Counted from the first letter of the stretch, positions 8,380-17,947 are shown. The stretch: DNA of 64,000 nt from an uncultured Bacteroidales bacterium (GCA_963752195.1 CAVVXI010000001.1:49735-113734); one strand, 5' to 3'. Notes: a model not told the origin generated them from the sequence alone. Numbers and translations are program-made.

Positions 8380-9072
8380 TCACACCATCTCCCCCCCGCA
8401 AAACTTATCCAGTCCCTTTTTCACCAGCAATACCGCAATAAACCCGGCAATCGGAATCCATATACTTTCCGTAAACAAGCCCGCCCTGACGAGCAGAATT
8501 CTGTTAATTTCCTTCACCAGGTCTTTCGATTCTTTTTCATGGGAAGAATAATATTCACAAACATGATCCTTTATTTTCTGACCGAATTCAAACAGGAAAC
8601 GCAGAAAGATCCTTTTCCCGGTTTTAACCGTCCATTCATGCCGGATCTTATCATTATCGAGACCTTGTATGGACAGATTTCCTTCCGAAGCCTTTTGAGC
8701 CAGGTCACCGGGAAAAAAAGCAAGATCATCCTTATGGGAAAATCCTGGATCCGTATAAGGAAAAGCATTATTCCGGAAACGGGCTGTCTCCTCAAGATTT
8801 ACAAGGGAAAAGACATCCATTAATTGTTCCTCCTCCTGTTCAGGGTGTTGATGGGCGTATTCCATCGCATTTTTTGAATACACTGCAAGAGCGGCATATA
8901 GCTGGGTAAGTTCCATATCGTCGGGGACCATTTTGAATTGTGTCCCCTCCTCGTAAGAGTTGAATTTACGGAGAGCCTCCCAGCTGATGCCGGCATATGG
9001 ACCGCCATTCAAATTATTGATCTCGTAAAGCAGCTGATCAATTTTTTCCTGTTCAATTCGGGTTGTTTCCAT
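8380..9072 (-). CDS. Hypothetical protein with C-terminal transmembrane anchor
   Basis: 230-aa ORF. It has an acidic/helical N-terminal region and a single C-terminal hydrophobic segment IWIPIAGFIAVLLV. I recognised no family. Confidence 0.45.
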   Translation of the reverse strand: METTRIEQEKIDQLLYEINNLNGGPYAGISWEALRKFNSYEEGTQFKMVPDDMELTQLYAALAVYSKNAMEYAHQHPEQEEEQLMDVFSLVNLEETARFRNNAFPYTDPGFSHKDDLAFFPGDLAQKASEGNLSIQGLDNDKIRHEWTVKTGKRIFLRFLFEFGQKIKDHVCEYYSSHEKESKDLVKEINRILLVRAGLFTESIWIPIAGFIAVLLVKKGLDKFCGGEMV

Positions 9073-10006
9073 GGTATAAGATTAAGGTAACAGACAGCCG
9101 TATAAAATCAAATAACAATCATTGTTTGATTTTAGCCATAAAACAAAGCAGCAATTGCAACTTTTTTTTCTAATTAACCCAAAAATTATATCTTTGTTTC
9201 ATCTGAACTTAATAAATTGAGAATCGGATACTGTAATTCCTCCGCTAGAAAATAAGTTCCGAAATTATCTAACATGGCGACGGAGCTTAAACTGTTATTT
9301 CTATCTTTCTTTCTTGTTTTCCTGACTGTTTCATCATTTGCGCAAGAAACGTAGAAACTATACATCATAATTTTAGTACAGGGCTAAATATTGCCCCGAT
9401 TGGTAAATATGATATTTATTTATATCAGTGATGAACACGGAGCCCGGTTTTCCACAAATTCTTTCTGATTCAGTTGGCATTGTAAGTTATTTCAGAAAAC
9501 GTTGTTATGGAACAGACTAAAACAACACGGTTAACGATAACGCGGTATTCGAGGTTGCAAAGGTATAAAATATACACATCATCAGTTTAAAGTAACGGAA
9601 ACAAGTGATAACTTACTATTTCCAACGTCATGTAGAATATAAACCTGATTGAAATCCCTGTATATTTTCGACGCCGAAACAATCCTGCAATATCTGATTA
9701 TATCCGTTAGTCACAGGAATCCATTCTGTCTGCGGAGATACAGATATCTCGGGATTTGCATTTCCAATCAAACCGGATTGGGATTATGGCGGATCAATTG
9801 AGCTTTGGGTTTGATATTAAAAATAAGGCTTACTTTTCTGTATTGGTCACGGAATTATCCGTAAACTCACTTATTAACTTTGGTAGCAGATTGGCATTGT
9901 GCACCCCTTTTACGGATATTAGCGGGATCAGGACGGGAATCAGAGTTTTATTTGTGAATAGAAAAGAGTAATACTTTTTGCTTAACATTTTTTATATTAA
10001 AAATTA

Positions 10007-10014
10007 TATCTTTG
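10007..10014 (+). promoter_or_regulatory. Candidate Bacteroidota -7 promoter element (TAnnTTTG) for tRNA-Met
   Basis: tatctttg matches TAnnTTTG and lies 56 nt upstream of the tRNA 5' end. The same aaaattatatctttg string also occurs at 9182-9196. Confidence 0.3.
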
Positions 10015-10069
10015 CGTCCCTGACCAATATACGGTTGCACTTACCAGAGAAATTGTTCAGAAACAGGAT

Positions 10070-10143
10070 GGCGAGGTAGCTCAGTTGGTTAGAGCGCATG
10101 ATTCATAATCATGAGGTCTCGGGTTCAATTCCCGATCTCGCTA
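10070..10143 (+). tRNA. tRNA-Met (anticodon CAT), elongator-like
   Basis: Manual cloverleaf:
- acceptor GGCGAGG/TCTCGCT (two G-U pairs)
- D arm GCTC-AGTTGGTTA-GAGC
- anticodon arm CATGA-TTCATAA-TCATG
- variable loop AGGTC
- T arm TCGGG-TTCAATT-CCCGA
- discriminator A; CCA is not encoded

Sequence alone cannot exclude a lysidine-modified tRNA-Ile2. Confidence 0.9.
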
Positions 10144-10249
10144 CACTGATAATCAAGTAATTAGCCAGTCAAATTGATGGCTTTTTCATTTTAAAATTGT
10201 GGAGTCCGATGCTGGAGTCCTTTTTGATTTTACTTGATCAATTGGAAAT
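10136..10249. repeat. Left copy of the ~114-bp direct repeat (tRNA 3' end plus downstream region)
   Basis: tctcgctacactgataatcaa...attggaaat aligns with 26268-26382 at roughly 90% identity by eye. It includes the hairpin agccagtc..tggct, which carries a 1-nt deletion in this copy, and ggagtcc-gatgct-ggagtcc followed by a T-run. Confidence 0.85.
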
Positions 10250-10269
10250 CGCTAAGCAGGAATAACTAT

Positions 10270-10932
10270 TTATCTTTTAAGGCCTTTTCTGTATACTTCA
10301 TTTAAATATTTGTGGGTCGCATTGATCATGCCATAACCATAAGTCTTTTTTAATCCTGGACCCATGCCTTTGTCTTTTGTTTCAACAATCCAATATATTT
10401 CCTTTGTCTTAATATTAAAAAAAGTGAAGAAGCAATATACCTCTTTTGAAATCTCATCAAACATAACAGGATGTATTACAAATCCCAAACCATCATTTTC
10501 TGGCAAACTGTAGGACTTAACGATTTTAATCACTTGCTCTTTTGATATGGTTAAGGGAGTTACAACAATCCAATCCTTTGAAATCGAATCTATTCTGCTT
10601 TGAACAGAATATTGGTTATAAACAAATTCTTCTTCCTTGAATTTCAACATATTACCCAAATATTTTTCTGGTATACCTTCTTGAAAAAATACTAACCATG
10701 CACCTAAATATTGTTCTTTAATTGCTTGATCTTTATAGGAATTACTTGGGCTTATGAACTTTAATAGTGAGAAATCAAGTCCATAGTAAGTAACTTCTTT
10801 TGCATTTATAATTGCTGGTAAATTCGTTATCTCATTTACTAATGCATGCTTATCCTGACAATGCAAGTCAAAAACGAAAATTGATAGGCATAGAAAAAAT
10901 AAAATTTTCTTCATAAGATTCGAATTATTCAT
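10270..10932 (-). CDS. Hypothetical secreted protein
   Basis: Signal peptide MKKILFFLCLSIFVFDLHCQ. It is AT-rich. I recognised no family. Confidence 0.45.
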   Translation of the reverse strand: MNNSNLMKKILFFLCLSIFVFDLHCQDKHALVNEITNLPAIINAKEVTYYGLDFSLLKFISPSNSYKDQAIKEQYLGAWLVFFQEGIPEKYLGNMLKFKEEEFVYNQYSVQSRIDSISKDWIVVTPLTISKEQVIKIVKSYSLPENDGLGFVIHPVMFDEISKEVYCFFTFFNIKTKEIYWIVETKDKGMGPGLKKTYGYGMINATHKYLNEVYRKGLKR

Positions 10933-11037
10933 AATAGATTGATACTTAAAAACTACAGGCCTTAAAAAGGCTCAATGTCGATTATTTGTTTGCAGTTGAA
11001 TCGTAGGTTATTTAAATATGCTAAAAGATTCCTTTTG

Positions 11038-11604
11038 TTATTTATTTTTCCCTGGTTCTAGAAATCCATTTTCTTCACCAATGGTTATAAGATCATTAAA
11101 AAAATTAATCTCGAATCCTCTCGCAATTGCACTTTTTACTATGTAATAGTGAAGGAAGAAAAGCCCAAAATTGTTATCCATGTTATCTGACGGTGTTGGA
11201 TTTTTCTTATAGTTTTCAAATCCTAATACCATTTCCCTAATTGAACACATTGGTGGCAAGTCGCCTACCCGAACTAATCCTGACTGTTCTACATTGAATA
11301 CAAAATCGTTTGGTGTTACAATTATTCCACCTCCGTCTGAATAGAATATTTGCAAACAATTTTCGTTCATCGGTGAAGTAATGAACGATGCATTTAAAAC
11401 TTCTTCACATTCTATGTTAATAGTATAGTTACTCAGATCAGTTTCAACTAAAAGTTGCGTTGAATCATCAATAATAGTCACTTTAACAGAATCAATCCTC
11501 TTCAAACGGTTACTTAATTCTTTCCTGTCCATTATGCAATATATATTTTCTAATTTACAAGTCCCAATATGCAAATTTTCATATAACTTAAATGTATAAT
11601 TCAA
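11038..11604 (-). CDS. Hypothetical cytoplasmic protein
   Basis: 188-aa ORF with no signal peptide. I recognised no family. Confidence 0.4.
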   Translation of the reverse strand: MNYTFKLYENLHIGTCKLENIYCIMDRKELSNRLKRIDSVKVTIIDDSTQLLVETDLSNYTINIECEEVLNASFITSPMNENCLQIFYSDGGGIIVTPNDFVFNVEQSGLVRVGDLPPMCSIREMVLGFENYKKNPTPSDNMDNNFGLFFLHYYIVKSAIARGFEINFFNDLITIGEENGFLEPGKNK

Positions 11605-11822
11605 GTTTTATTAAATGCTTAATCTAATTTAGGCTGAAGTCAGAAAGGTCAATTGGATACGTAGAAAATTCTATTCGGTTAACTTTTTTCTTTTCCTGTT
11701 AACCGAATTTGGGGTCTTAAAAGATAAAGTAACTTCTAAGTGTGTAGAAATAAGATAGTAATAGTTTAATTTAAAATTAGTACAAACTGCATCATCAGAA
11801 ATGTGGTCTGGTTTATTTCTTA

Positions 11823-11994
11823 TTATATAGTCTGAAGTCCATTATCAGTTAACTTCATCATTCGGAAACCCATATATACACTATCAAAGACTTTCTGATC
11901 TTCGTAATTTTTCATAATAATTTCCTGACCTGAATGTCCTGTTATGATTTCTGCTTTTCCTCTAGTAAAATGGTTAACTCCTGTAATATAAGTT
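11823..11994 (-). pseudogene. 3' remnant of a gene truncated by the ISL3 element
   Basis: The first 18 codons of the listed ORF 11823-12047 are encoded by the IS left end (11995 onward). Only about 56 C-terminal codons (TYITGVNHFTRGKAEIITGH...) are native. Confidence 0.45.
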
Positions 11995-13255
11995 GGTTCA
12001 TCATAAAGATGCGTACCTAAGATAGGGATTTCGTACCTTAATGGCAAAAATGTCGAACAGTTTATTAAGCCATGCTTTTGGGTTAAACACCCAGGAGTAT
12101 CTAAAGACTGAGTATAAGGAAGGCAAAATCATCTTTTATATACAGACCAAGGAAGACAAGCTGCAATGCAGTAATTGCGGCAGCCATCATGTGATCAAAA
12201 AAGGCTTTGTGACGCGTATGTTCAGAACAGTGCCCATAACATTAAAGCCAGTATTATTAAATGCACGGATACAAAGATTAGAATGTAAAGACTGCGGTGT
12301 AATCCGGCAGGAACGTATCCAATTTGCCGACGAAAAAAAAGCTTTACCCATAGATTCCGAAGATACGTTTTAGATCTATTGCGAGGCATGACCATTGAGG
12401 ATGTGGCATATAAGTAAAAATGAACTGGAATACTATTAAGAATATTGAAAAGCAATATCTGCAGAAGCATTATTCAAAGCCATTTCTTGATGGAGTAACT
12501 CGCATTGCCATTGATGAATTTGCTGTACTCAAAGGACATACTTATATGACTGTTGTACTGGATCTTGATTCTGGCCGTGTTCTTTTTGTCGGCAAAGATC
12601 GCAGTAAGGAGAGTCTTGATGAGTTCTGGCAACGAGTCAGGAGATCTGGTGCACAGATCAAAGCTATTGCGATGGATATGTGGCCGGCTTACATCGGAAG
12701 TGTGATCGAGAACTGCCCCGAAGCGGATATTGTGTTTGATCATTTTCATATCATTAAAATTCTCAATCAGAAACTTGATGAGATAAGACGAGATCTTTTT
12801 AGAGATGAAACACAATATAATAAACGGTCATTGATGCAAGGTACAAGGTGGTTATTGCTTAAAAATCAAGATAATCTCTCAAAAACAGCTGCCGAAAGAC
12901 TTCGAGAAGCACTGGCTGTTAACCAACCGCTCGCTGCTGCTTATTATCTGAAGGAAGAACTAAAATTACTTTGGTTGCAAGAGGATGCTGATAAAGCATG
13001 GAATTTTCTGGCATCATGGGTTAAAAAAGCATATGAAACACAGCTGGTGAAATTCAGGGAGTTTACAAAACATTAATGATGCATTATACTGGGATTTAAA
13101 CTGGTATAAGCATCGTATATCCACTGGAAAGCTTGAGGGTTTCAATAACAAAATCAAGGTGCTTAAAAGAAAGGCCTATGGATAAGGGATTTTGATTTCT
13201 TCATACTAAAAATTCATGCTCTGCATGTGTCAGGTACGAATTATTATGATGAACC
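11995..13255 (+). mobile_element. ISL3-family insertion sequence, decayed
   Basis: The terminal inverted repeats are ggttcatcataaagatgcgtacct (11995-) and aggtacgaattattatgatgaacc (-13255), with 12 identical outer nt. The flanking 8 nt differ (no target-site duplication), which suggests an associated rearrangement. Confidence 0.8.
12041..13230 (+). pseudogene. ISL3-family transposase with at least five frame disruptions
   Basis: The N-terminal zinc-ribbon is CSNCGSHHV...CKDCG. The frame then breaks at the A8 run (12333-12340) and again at aagtaaaaatg (~12410). The core reads IAIDEFAVLKGHTYMTVVLDLDSGRVLFVGKDR...AMDMWPAY...FDHFHI. The C-terminal STGKLEGFNNKIKVLKRKAYG / RDFDFFILKIHALH is spread over three frames. 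Confidence 0.85.
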
Positions 13256-13306
13256 AATAATGTTAATTAGATTTCTCATGAAAATTATTTTATTCTGGTT
13301 AATAAT

Positions 13307-13762
13307 TTAATGTGATTTTCTCCATTCCCAAGGTGGTACAGGATTTGGTTGAGACCATAAACATATATTCTTCTCCTTTGCATCTATTTCCAGTTTTGCC
13401 AATCCAGGATCCTTATTATACTGTTTATAATGCCATGCCATTCCCTGACGGAGCAATTCCTTATTCACGCATATATCCCCGACATAAACAAATGCTAGCG
13501 TTCGCCCGTACCGGTCCACCCCGGTTTTCTCTATTCGAACAGTTCGTCCGAAACAAAGTGCCACGGTTGCTTGCTTGGCCCGATCACCGAACTCTTGATG
13601 TGACTCCGGGCAGTCAATACCCTCCAGTCTGACTTTTATATGAATATTATTGTTATCAAGCACAACAATGGTATCTCCATCTGTAACTCCAATAACCTTT
13701 GCCTGATAGTCTTCTGTTGGAAGTAGAAAAAGTATTGTAGAGAATAAGACTTGTTTGAGCAT
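13307..13762 (-). CDS. Thermonuclease (staphylococcal nuclease, SNase family), secreted
   Basis: SNase motifs are VIGVTDGDTIVV, VRLEGIDCPE, DRYGRTLAFVY and NKELLRQGMAWHY. It has an N-terminal hydrophobic signal. Confidence 0.85.
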   Translation of the reverse strand: MLKQVLFSTILFLLPTEDYQAKVIGVTDGDTIVVLDNNNIHIKVRLEGIDCPESHQEFGDRAKQATVALCFGRTVRIEKTGVDRYGRTLAFVYVGDICVNKELLRQGMAWHYKQYNKDPGLAKLEIDAKEKNICLWSQPNPVPPWEWRKSH

Positions 13763-13769
13763 AGTGATA

Positions 13770-14105
13770 TTATTTTACATAAGTTTTATTTCCGTGACTA
13801 TTAATATAATACTTTCCACTGCGTGGCCCAATATGTATTGTATGGTCCCCGGTGGTGGTAGATCCCTGAGATTTCGCATTGGGACTGGACTTAACTGTGG
13901 CTTTGTGTTGCCAGCAATAAGCGGATCCAGCATCTGACATTCGAGAACACTGAGTTCCTTTTGCGGTTTTTGCTTGACACCGTCCGGCGGAAACCTTTTC
14001 TGAAGTTGTGGATTTTTGTGCTGCTGTTTTGGATTCTGCGAATTGAGAATGGGCTGGTATGATGACCAGCATCGTAAGTGAGATAATCACTAAAATAAGT
14101 TTCAT
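13770..14105 (-). CDS. Small secreted basic protein with a Cys/His cluster; upstream partner of the thermonuclease
   Basis: Signal peptide MKLILVIISLTMLVIIPAHSQ. It has the motif CQAKTAKGTQCSR...YCWQH (C-x9-C-x11-C-x2-H). The C-terminal GPRSGKYYINSHGNKTYV resembles, from my memory, the small basic adaptor motif GPRGG-x-YY. It ends 7 nt upstream of the nuclease start. Confidence 0.55.
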   Translation of the reverse strand: MKLILVIISLTMLVIIPAHSQFAESKTAAQKSTTSEKVSAGRCQAKTAKGTQCSRMSDAGSAYCWQHKATVKSSPNAKSQGSTTTGDHTIHIGPRSGKYYINSHGNKTYVK

Positions 14106-14200
14106 ATATGTAAATTATGGTGCGATATTTAAGACGAGGTATATACGGTATTAGGTTATATTCTAATGTTAAAATCTCGATTATTTTTCGATATGGAGTA

Positions 14201-14306
14201 CCTGCATGAGATTGGGACTGGGGTCAAACAAAATAAGACTCCCGCAGGGAGTTTGGGATTTTCTTTGTAAAGCTTCCCCCAACGAGGAATCACGTAAGTA
14301 ATTCCC
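14201..14306. repeat. Dispersed ~105-bp repeat, copy X1
   Basis: cctgcatgagattggg...cgcagg(g/a)agtttgggattttctt(t/c)gtaaagcttcccccaacgaggaatcacg.aagtaattccc aligns with 17948-18051 and partly with 18059-18123. Confidence 0.8.
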
Positions 14307-14545
14307 GCTTCTCACTAAAAACCTCCTTCTTAATAAGGCAGGCATATATATTTACATCAAAAAAGAAAATATTTTATATTGCTTTCTGTTTTTAATTAGC
14401 TGAAATTAAATATTTTTACAAAATATACTTAATATCATACAGCCTAATAAACTTAATTTAACACAGCACAATATACTTAAAAGAGTACAACACTATAAAC
14501 TAAAAAATACTAAAACGAATTATTACGCATATAAAGTAAATCGCA

Positions 14546-16087
14546 ATGGCAACCCCAGCAGAAAAACTAGCAGAATCCCTGGCAGAACTGCAAAAACTTC
14601 AAAATGACAGAGGCATAGCAATTATTAAGGCCGATGATTTATCCAGAACGCATAGAGAGCGTTTGAAGGATAACGGATTTATATTTGAAGTAATAAAAGG
14701 TTGGTACATTTCACGGCGTCCTGATGAAAAAGAGGGAGATACAACTTCCTGGTATGTGTCTTTTTGGAACTTCATTGCTTCCTATATCGATTCTCGTTTT
14801 GATAAAGAATGGTGTTTATCACCCGAACAGTCCCTTTCGTTGCATAGTGGCAATACAACCGTGCCAAAGCAACTGCTTATCCGTTCACCTAAGGCTTCAA
14901 ACAATCGCATAAATCTCATACTTGGCTGCTCTGTATTTGATTCAAAAGTGGAAATTCCATCTGTTAATGACCGCATTGAAATCGGCGAGGTTCAGTCTTA
15001 TTCACTGATATCGGGACTTATTGCCGTATCAACTGACTTCTTTATCCGTCACCCAATTGATGCCCGAACCTGTTTGGCCATGGTTAAAGATGCTTCAGAT
15101 GTACTTTCAAAACTTCTTGATGGTGGGAAAAGTGTTGTGGCAGGACGTCTGGCAGGTGCATTCCGAAATATTGGGAAGGATAAGATCGCTGATGACATTA
15201 TCAATACTATGAAAAGTGCGGGTTATGATATCAGGGAAGATGATCCGTTTCAAACAAAACTTCAGGTGATATTAAACAGTCGCGATACCTCTCCCTATGC
15301 AAATCGTATCAGACTTATGTGGCAATCTATGCGACAAATGGTGATTGCCTATTTTCCTAAGGGAATGGAACCTGCCGAAGATAAGGCAGAATATCTAAAA
15401 CAAGTTGACGAAATATATGCAACTGATGCCTATAATTCATTATCAATAGAAGGATATCGTGTAACGCTTGAACTTATTGACAAGGTTCGTAGTGGAAATT
15501 GGAATCCCGACCGTAACAAAGCCGACAGAGATCAACGGGATGCCATGGCCGCACGAGGCTATTATCAGGCATTTCAAAAAGTCAAAGAAAGCATTAAAGC
15601 GGTTCTCAATGGAAAAAATCCGGGCGAAGTTGCTAATGACGATCTTGGTACCTGGTATAGGGAATTATTTGCACCGAGTGTGACAGTTGGAATATTAAAA
15701 CCTGCAGATCTTGCCGGGTACAGGAATGATCAGGTTTATATTAAAGGTTCAATGCATACACCTTTGAATCCAAGCGCGGTTCGGGATGTAATGCCTATAT
15801 TGTTTGATTTGTTAAAGGAAGAAAAAGAGTACTCTGTTCGGGTTATTCTGGGTCACTTTATATTTGTCTATATTCACCCTTATATGGACGGGAATGGACG
15901 TATTGCCCGCTTCTTAATGAACGTTATGCTCGCTTCGGGTGGGTATCCATGGATTGTTGTTCCGTTAGAGAAACGAAATGAATATATGACATGCTTAGAA
16001 AAAGCTAGTGTTGAACAGAATATAACGGATTTCACAAAGTTTATCGCTGGATTAATGGAGAAGGGAAAGACTCATAAAATAGATTAA
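14546..16087 (+). CDS. Fic-family protein (AMPylase-type) with a long N-terminal extension
   Basis: Fic motif HPYMDGNGRIARFLMNVML (HxFx[D/E]GNGRxxR). The 513-aa protein has about 300 aa ahead of the Fic core. Confidence 0.85.
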   Translation: MATPAEKLAESLAELQKLQNDRGIAIIKADDLSRTHRERLKDNGFIFEVIKGWYISRRPDEKEGDTTSWYVSFWNFIASYIDSRFDKEWCLSPEQSLSLHSGNTTVPKQLLIRSPKASNNRINLILGCSVFDSKVEIPSVNDRIEIGEVQSYSLISGLIAVSTDFFIRHPIDARTCLAMVKDASDVLSKLLDGGKSVVAGRLAGAFRNIGKDKIADDIINTMKSAGYDIREDDPFQTKLQVILNSRDTSPYANRIRLMWQSMRQMVIAYFPKGMEPAEDKAEYLKQVDEIYATDAYNSLSIEGYRVTLELIDKVRSGNWNPDRNKADRDQRDAMAARGYYQAFQKVKESIKAVLNGKNPGEVANDDLGTWYRELFAPSVTVGILKPADLAGYRNDQVYIKGSMHTPLNPSAVRDVMPILFDLLKEEKEYSVRVILGHFIFVYIHPYMDGNGRIARFLMNVMLASGGYPWIVVPLEKRNEYMTCLEKASVEQNITDFTKFIAGLMEKGKTHKID

Positions 16088-16236
16088 ACCTGGGTCATGA
16101 CAAGGTATCGGATTACAAATCAAAAACTTCCTAAATAAACATTTTATGCCTTTTATGAACTCAGGATTGTTAGAATTGTTAAATTACATTTTCGAAAATA
16201 TTTTATTCTGAAAAACATTGCGTTAATCACCAGATT

Positions 16237-17766
16237 ATGGGACTTAAAATATGGATGGCCTTATTGCTCTGTCATACAAATTTACTTTTTGGCCAGGTTT
16301 CCTTAAAAAATATTGCTTTAGAAAACGGGAAATACAGTGTCGGTTTCCGTCACTATCTTGTTTCCGATAGTACAAGAACGTACAAAAGAATATTCGACTG
16401 GACCAATCAAAGTATTCCAAGACCAATCCCGGTAAGCATGTGGTATCCCTCAACCGGTCAACCCGAAAACAATAAAATAATGACCGTGTTGGAATATATG
16501 AAAATCCTTACTCAGGAAGAGGAATGGGAATATCTGCCTGATGAACAAATCCTGAACTGGTTTTACTATCCAAATACACCTGATAATCAGGTTCACCTTA
16601 AAGAACAAACAGCTGCTTTCCACAACATCCAATTTGCCGGTGGCGAATATCCCGCTATTATTTATGCACCAAGCTACCAGGCATCATCTATAGAAAATTT
16701 TGCACTTTGTGAATATCTGGCCAGCCACGGATATATCATAATATCAAGTCCCGGAAGGGGTACTGAAAACCGTTTCCTGGAAGGTGGATCGGTAAAGGAT
16801 ATTGAAACACAAACCCGGGACCTGGAGTTTTTAATTCAGGAAGCATTAAAATATACGAATACCGATAGGAACAAAATTGCAACAATGGGTTTTAGTTTCG
16901 GCGGTTTGTCAAACGTCTTGTTGCAAATGAGGAACAGCAATATAAAGGCCATTATAAGTTTGGATGGAGCGATTAAATATCAATATGCCACTTTAAAAAA
17001 ATCATCATTTGAAAACATAGAAAAAGTGAATGTTCCATTTATTCATATGGCACAAAAGGATATTCCCGAACAAGTTTTAAAAGAGGACAACCTAAGCCCT
17101 GAATTAAATTACAATTTTGAGTTCTATGATAGTCTTAAATATAGCAATGCTTACAGCCTGAAATTTAATAACCTCACCCATTCATATTTCAGCACACTGG
17201 GAGTGCTTTTTCAGACAAGGGATGACCGACAGGACAAAAGTGATTTTGAAATTATGGAGTCTTATAAATGGCTCTCCATTTACACTCTTAACTTCCTGGA
17301 TGCCTATTTAATGAATAACAGCAAATCACTGCAATTTCTGGAAAATGAACCAGGGAAAAATGGTATTAAGACCGGGTTAATTTCCCGGAAAGAAAAAAAG
17401 CCTGTAGCTAAACCTTACAGCTTTGAGGATTTTAATGATATGGCAAGGAAAAATAAATATGTGAATCTTGAAGGTTTATATAGCAAACTTCTGCATGATA
17501 TGCCTACATTGAAATTAGCCGAAGATAAACTCAATAATCTTGGCTTGCAGCTTGTATTCAATCCCCAAACATCAGAAAATGGAATAAGGATTTTTTTGTT
17601 TGCCACCACAATTTATCCGAATTCAGCAAATTTATTTGATAGTCTGGCTGAGGCATATTTGTTTATGGGAAATAAACAAAAAGCGATTGAAAGCTTTGAA
17701 AAATCCCTTTCCTTGAATGCTGAGAATCAAAATGCAATTTCCCGGTTGAAAGAACTGAAATATTAA
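16237..17766 (+). CDS. Secreted alpha/beta hydrolase (dienelactone hydrolase / PAF-acetylhydrolase-like) with C-terminal TPR-like repeats
   Basis: Has a signal peptide and the nucleophile elbow MGFSFGG (GxSxG). The C-terminal AEAYLFMGNKQKAIESFEKSLSLNAENQNA is TPR-like. Confidence 0.6.
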   Translation: MGLKIWMALLLCHTNLLFGQVSLKNIALENGKYSVGFRHYLVSDSTRTYKRIFDWTNQSIPRPIPVSMWYPSTGQPENNKIMTVLEYMKILTQEEEWEYLPDEQILNWFYYPNTPDNQVHLKEQTAAFHNIQFAGGEYPAIIYAPSYQASSIENFALCEYLASHGYIIISSPGRGTENRFLEGGSVKDIETQTRDLEFLIQEALKYTNTDRNKIATMGFSFGGLSNVLLQMRNSNIKAIISLDGAIKYQYATLKKSSFENIEKVNVPFIHMAQKDIPEQVLKEDNLSPELNYNFEFYDSLKYSNAYSLKFNNLTHSYFSTLGVLFQTRDDRQDKSDFEIMESYKWLSIYTLNFLDAYLMNNSKSLQFLENEPGKNGIKTGLISRKEKKPVAKPYSFEDFNDMARKNKYVNLEGLYSKLLHDMPTLKLAEDKLNNLGLQLVFNPQTSENGIRIFLFATTIYPNSANLFDSLAEAYLFMGNKQKAIESFEKSLSLNAENQNAISRLKELKY

Positions 17767-17853
17767 AGAGTCATTTGTATCCTGGATATAAGTGAACCAG
17801 TTTTCTTAAAATCCAGAATTTCAACTATTTTGGAGAAATCATGAATAAGCCTG

Positions 17854-17945
17854 CGGTTAGATATTTCACTTGTTCTCGCTACGAAGAAAATCCCCAAACC
17901 CGGCCTCAGCCGGGTTCTTTGTTTGGGCTTCGGCCCAAATCATGC
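17854..17945. repeat. Junction repeat: 29-nt tRNA-like motif followed by hairpin-rich sequence (copy a)
   Basis: cggttagatatttcacttgttctcgctac (17854-17882) is followed by gaagaaaatccccaaacccggcctcagccg. It is near-identical to 22749-22807. The hairpins are aacccgg-cctcag-ccgggtt and tttgggc-ttcg-gcccaaa. Confidence 0.8.
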
Positions 17946-17947
17946 TT

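Noticed and set aside
8207-8823. Listed plus-strand ORFs 8207-8551 and 8278-8823
   Set aside because: They start inside the palindromic repeat cluster (translated repeats such as HVRHRLQP). They run antisense to the 230-aa minus-strand ORF, and there is no supporting signal.
10070-10143. Initiator tRNA-fMet or tRNA-Ile2 (lysidine) identity for the CAT-anticodon tRNA
   Set aside because: It lacks the initiator hallmarks: there is no 1:72 mismatch and no three consecutive G-C pairs in the anticodon stem. Ile2 identity cannot be excluded from sequence alone, so it is called elongator tRNA-Met with that caveat.
12041-13230. Programmed ribosomal frameshifting in the ISL3 transposase, and likewise in the IS1595 transposase at 33997-35002
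   Set aside because: The ISL3 gene needs at least five frame corrections, including in its C-terminal 60 codons. Neither ISL3 nor IS1595 families are known to me to use programmed frameshifting. Decay is the simpler reading, and for IS1595 (a single shift) a sequencing error cannot be excluded.
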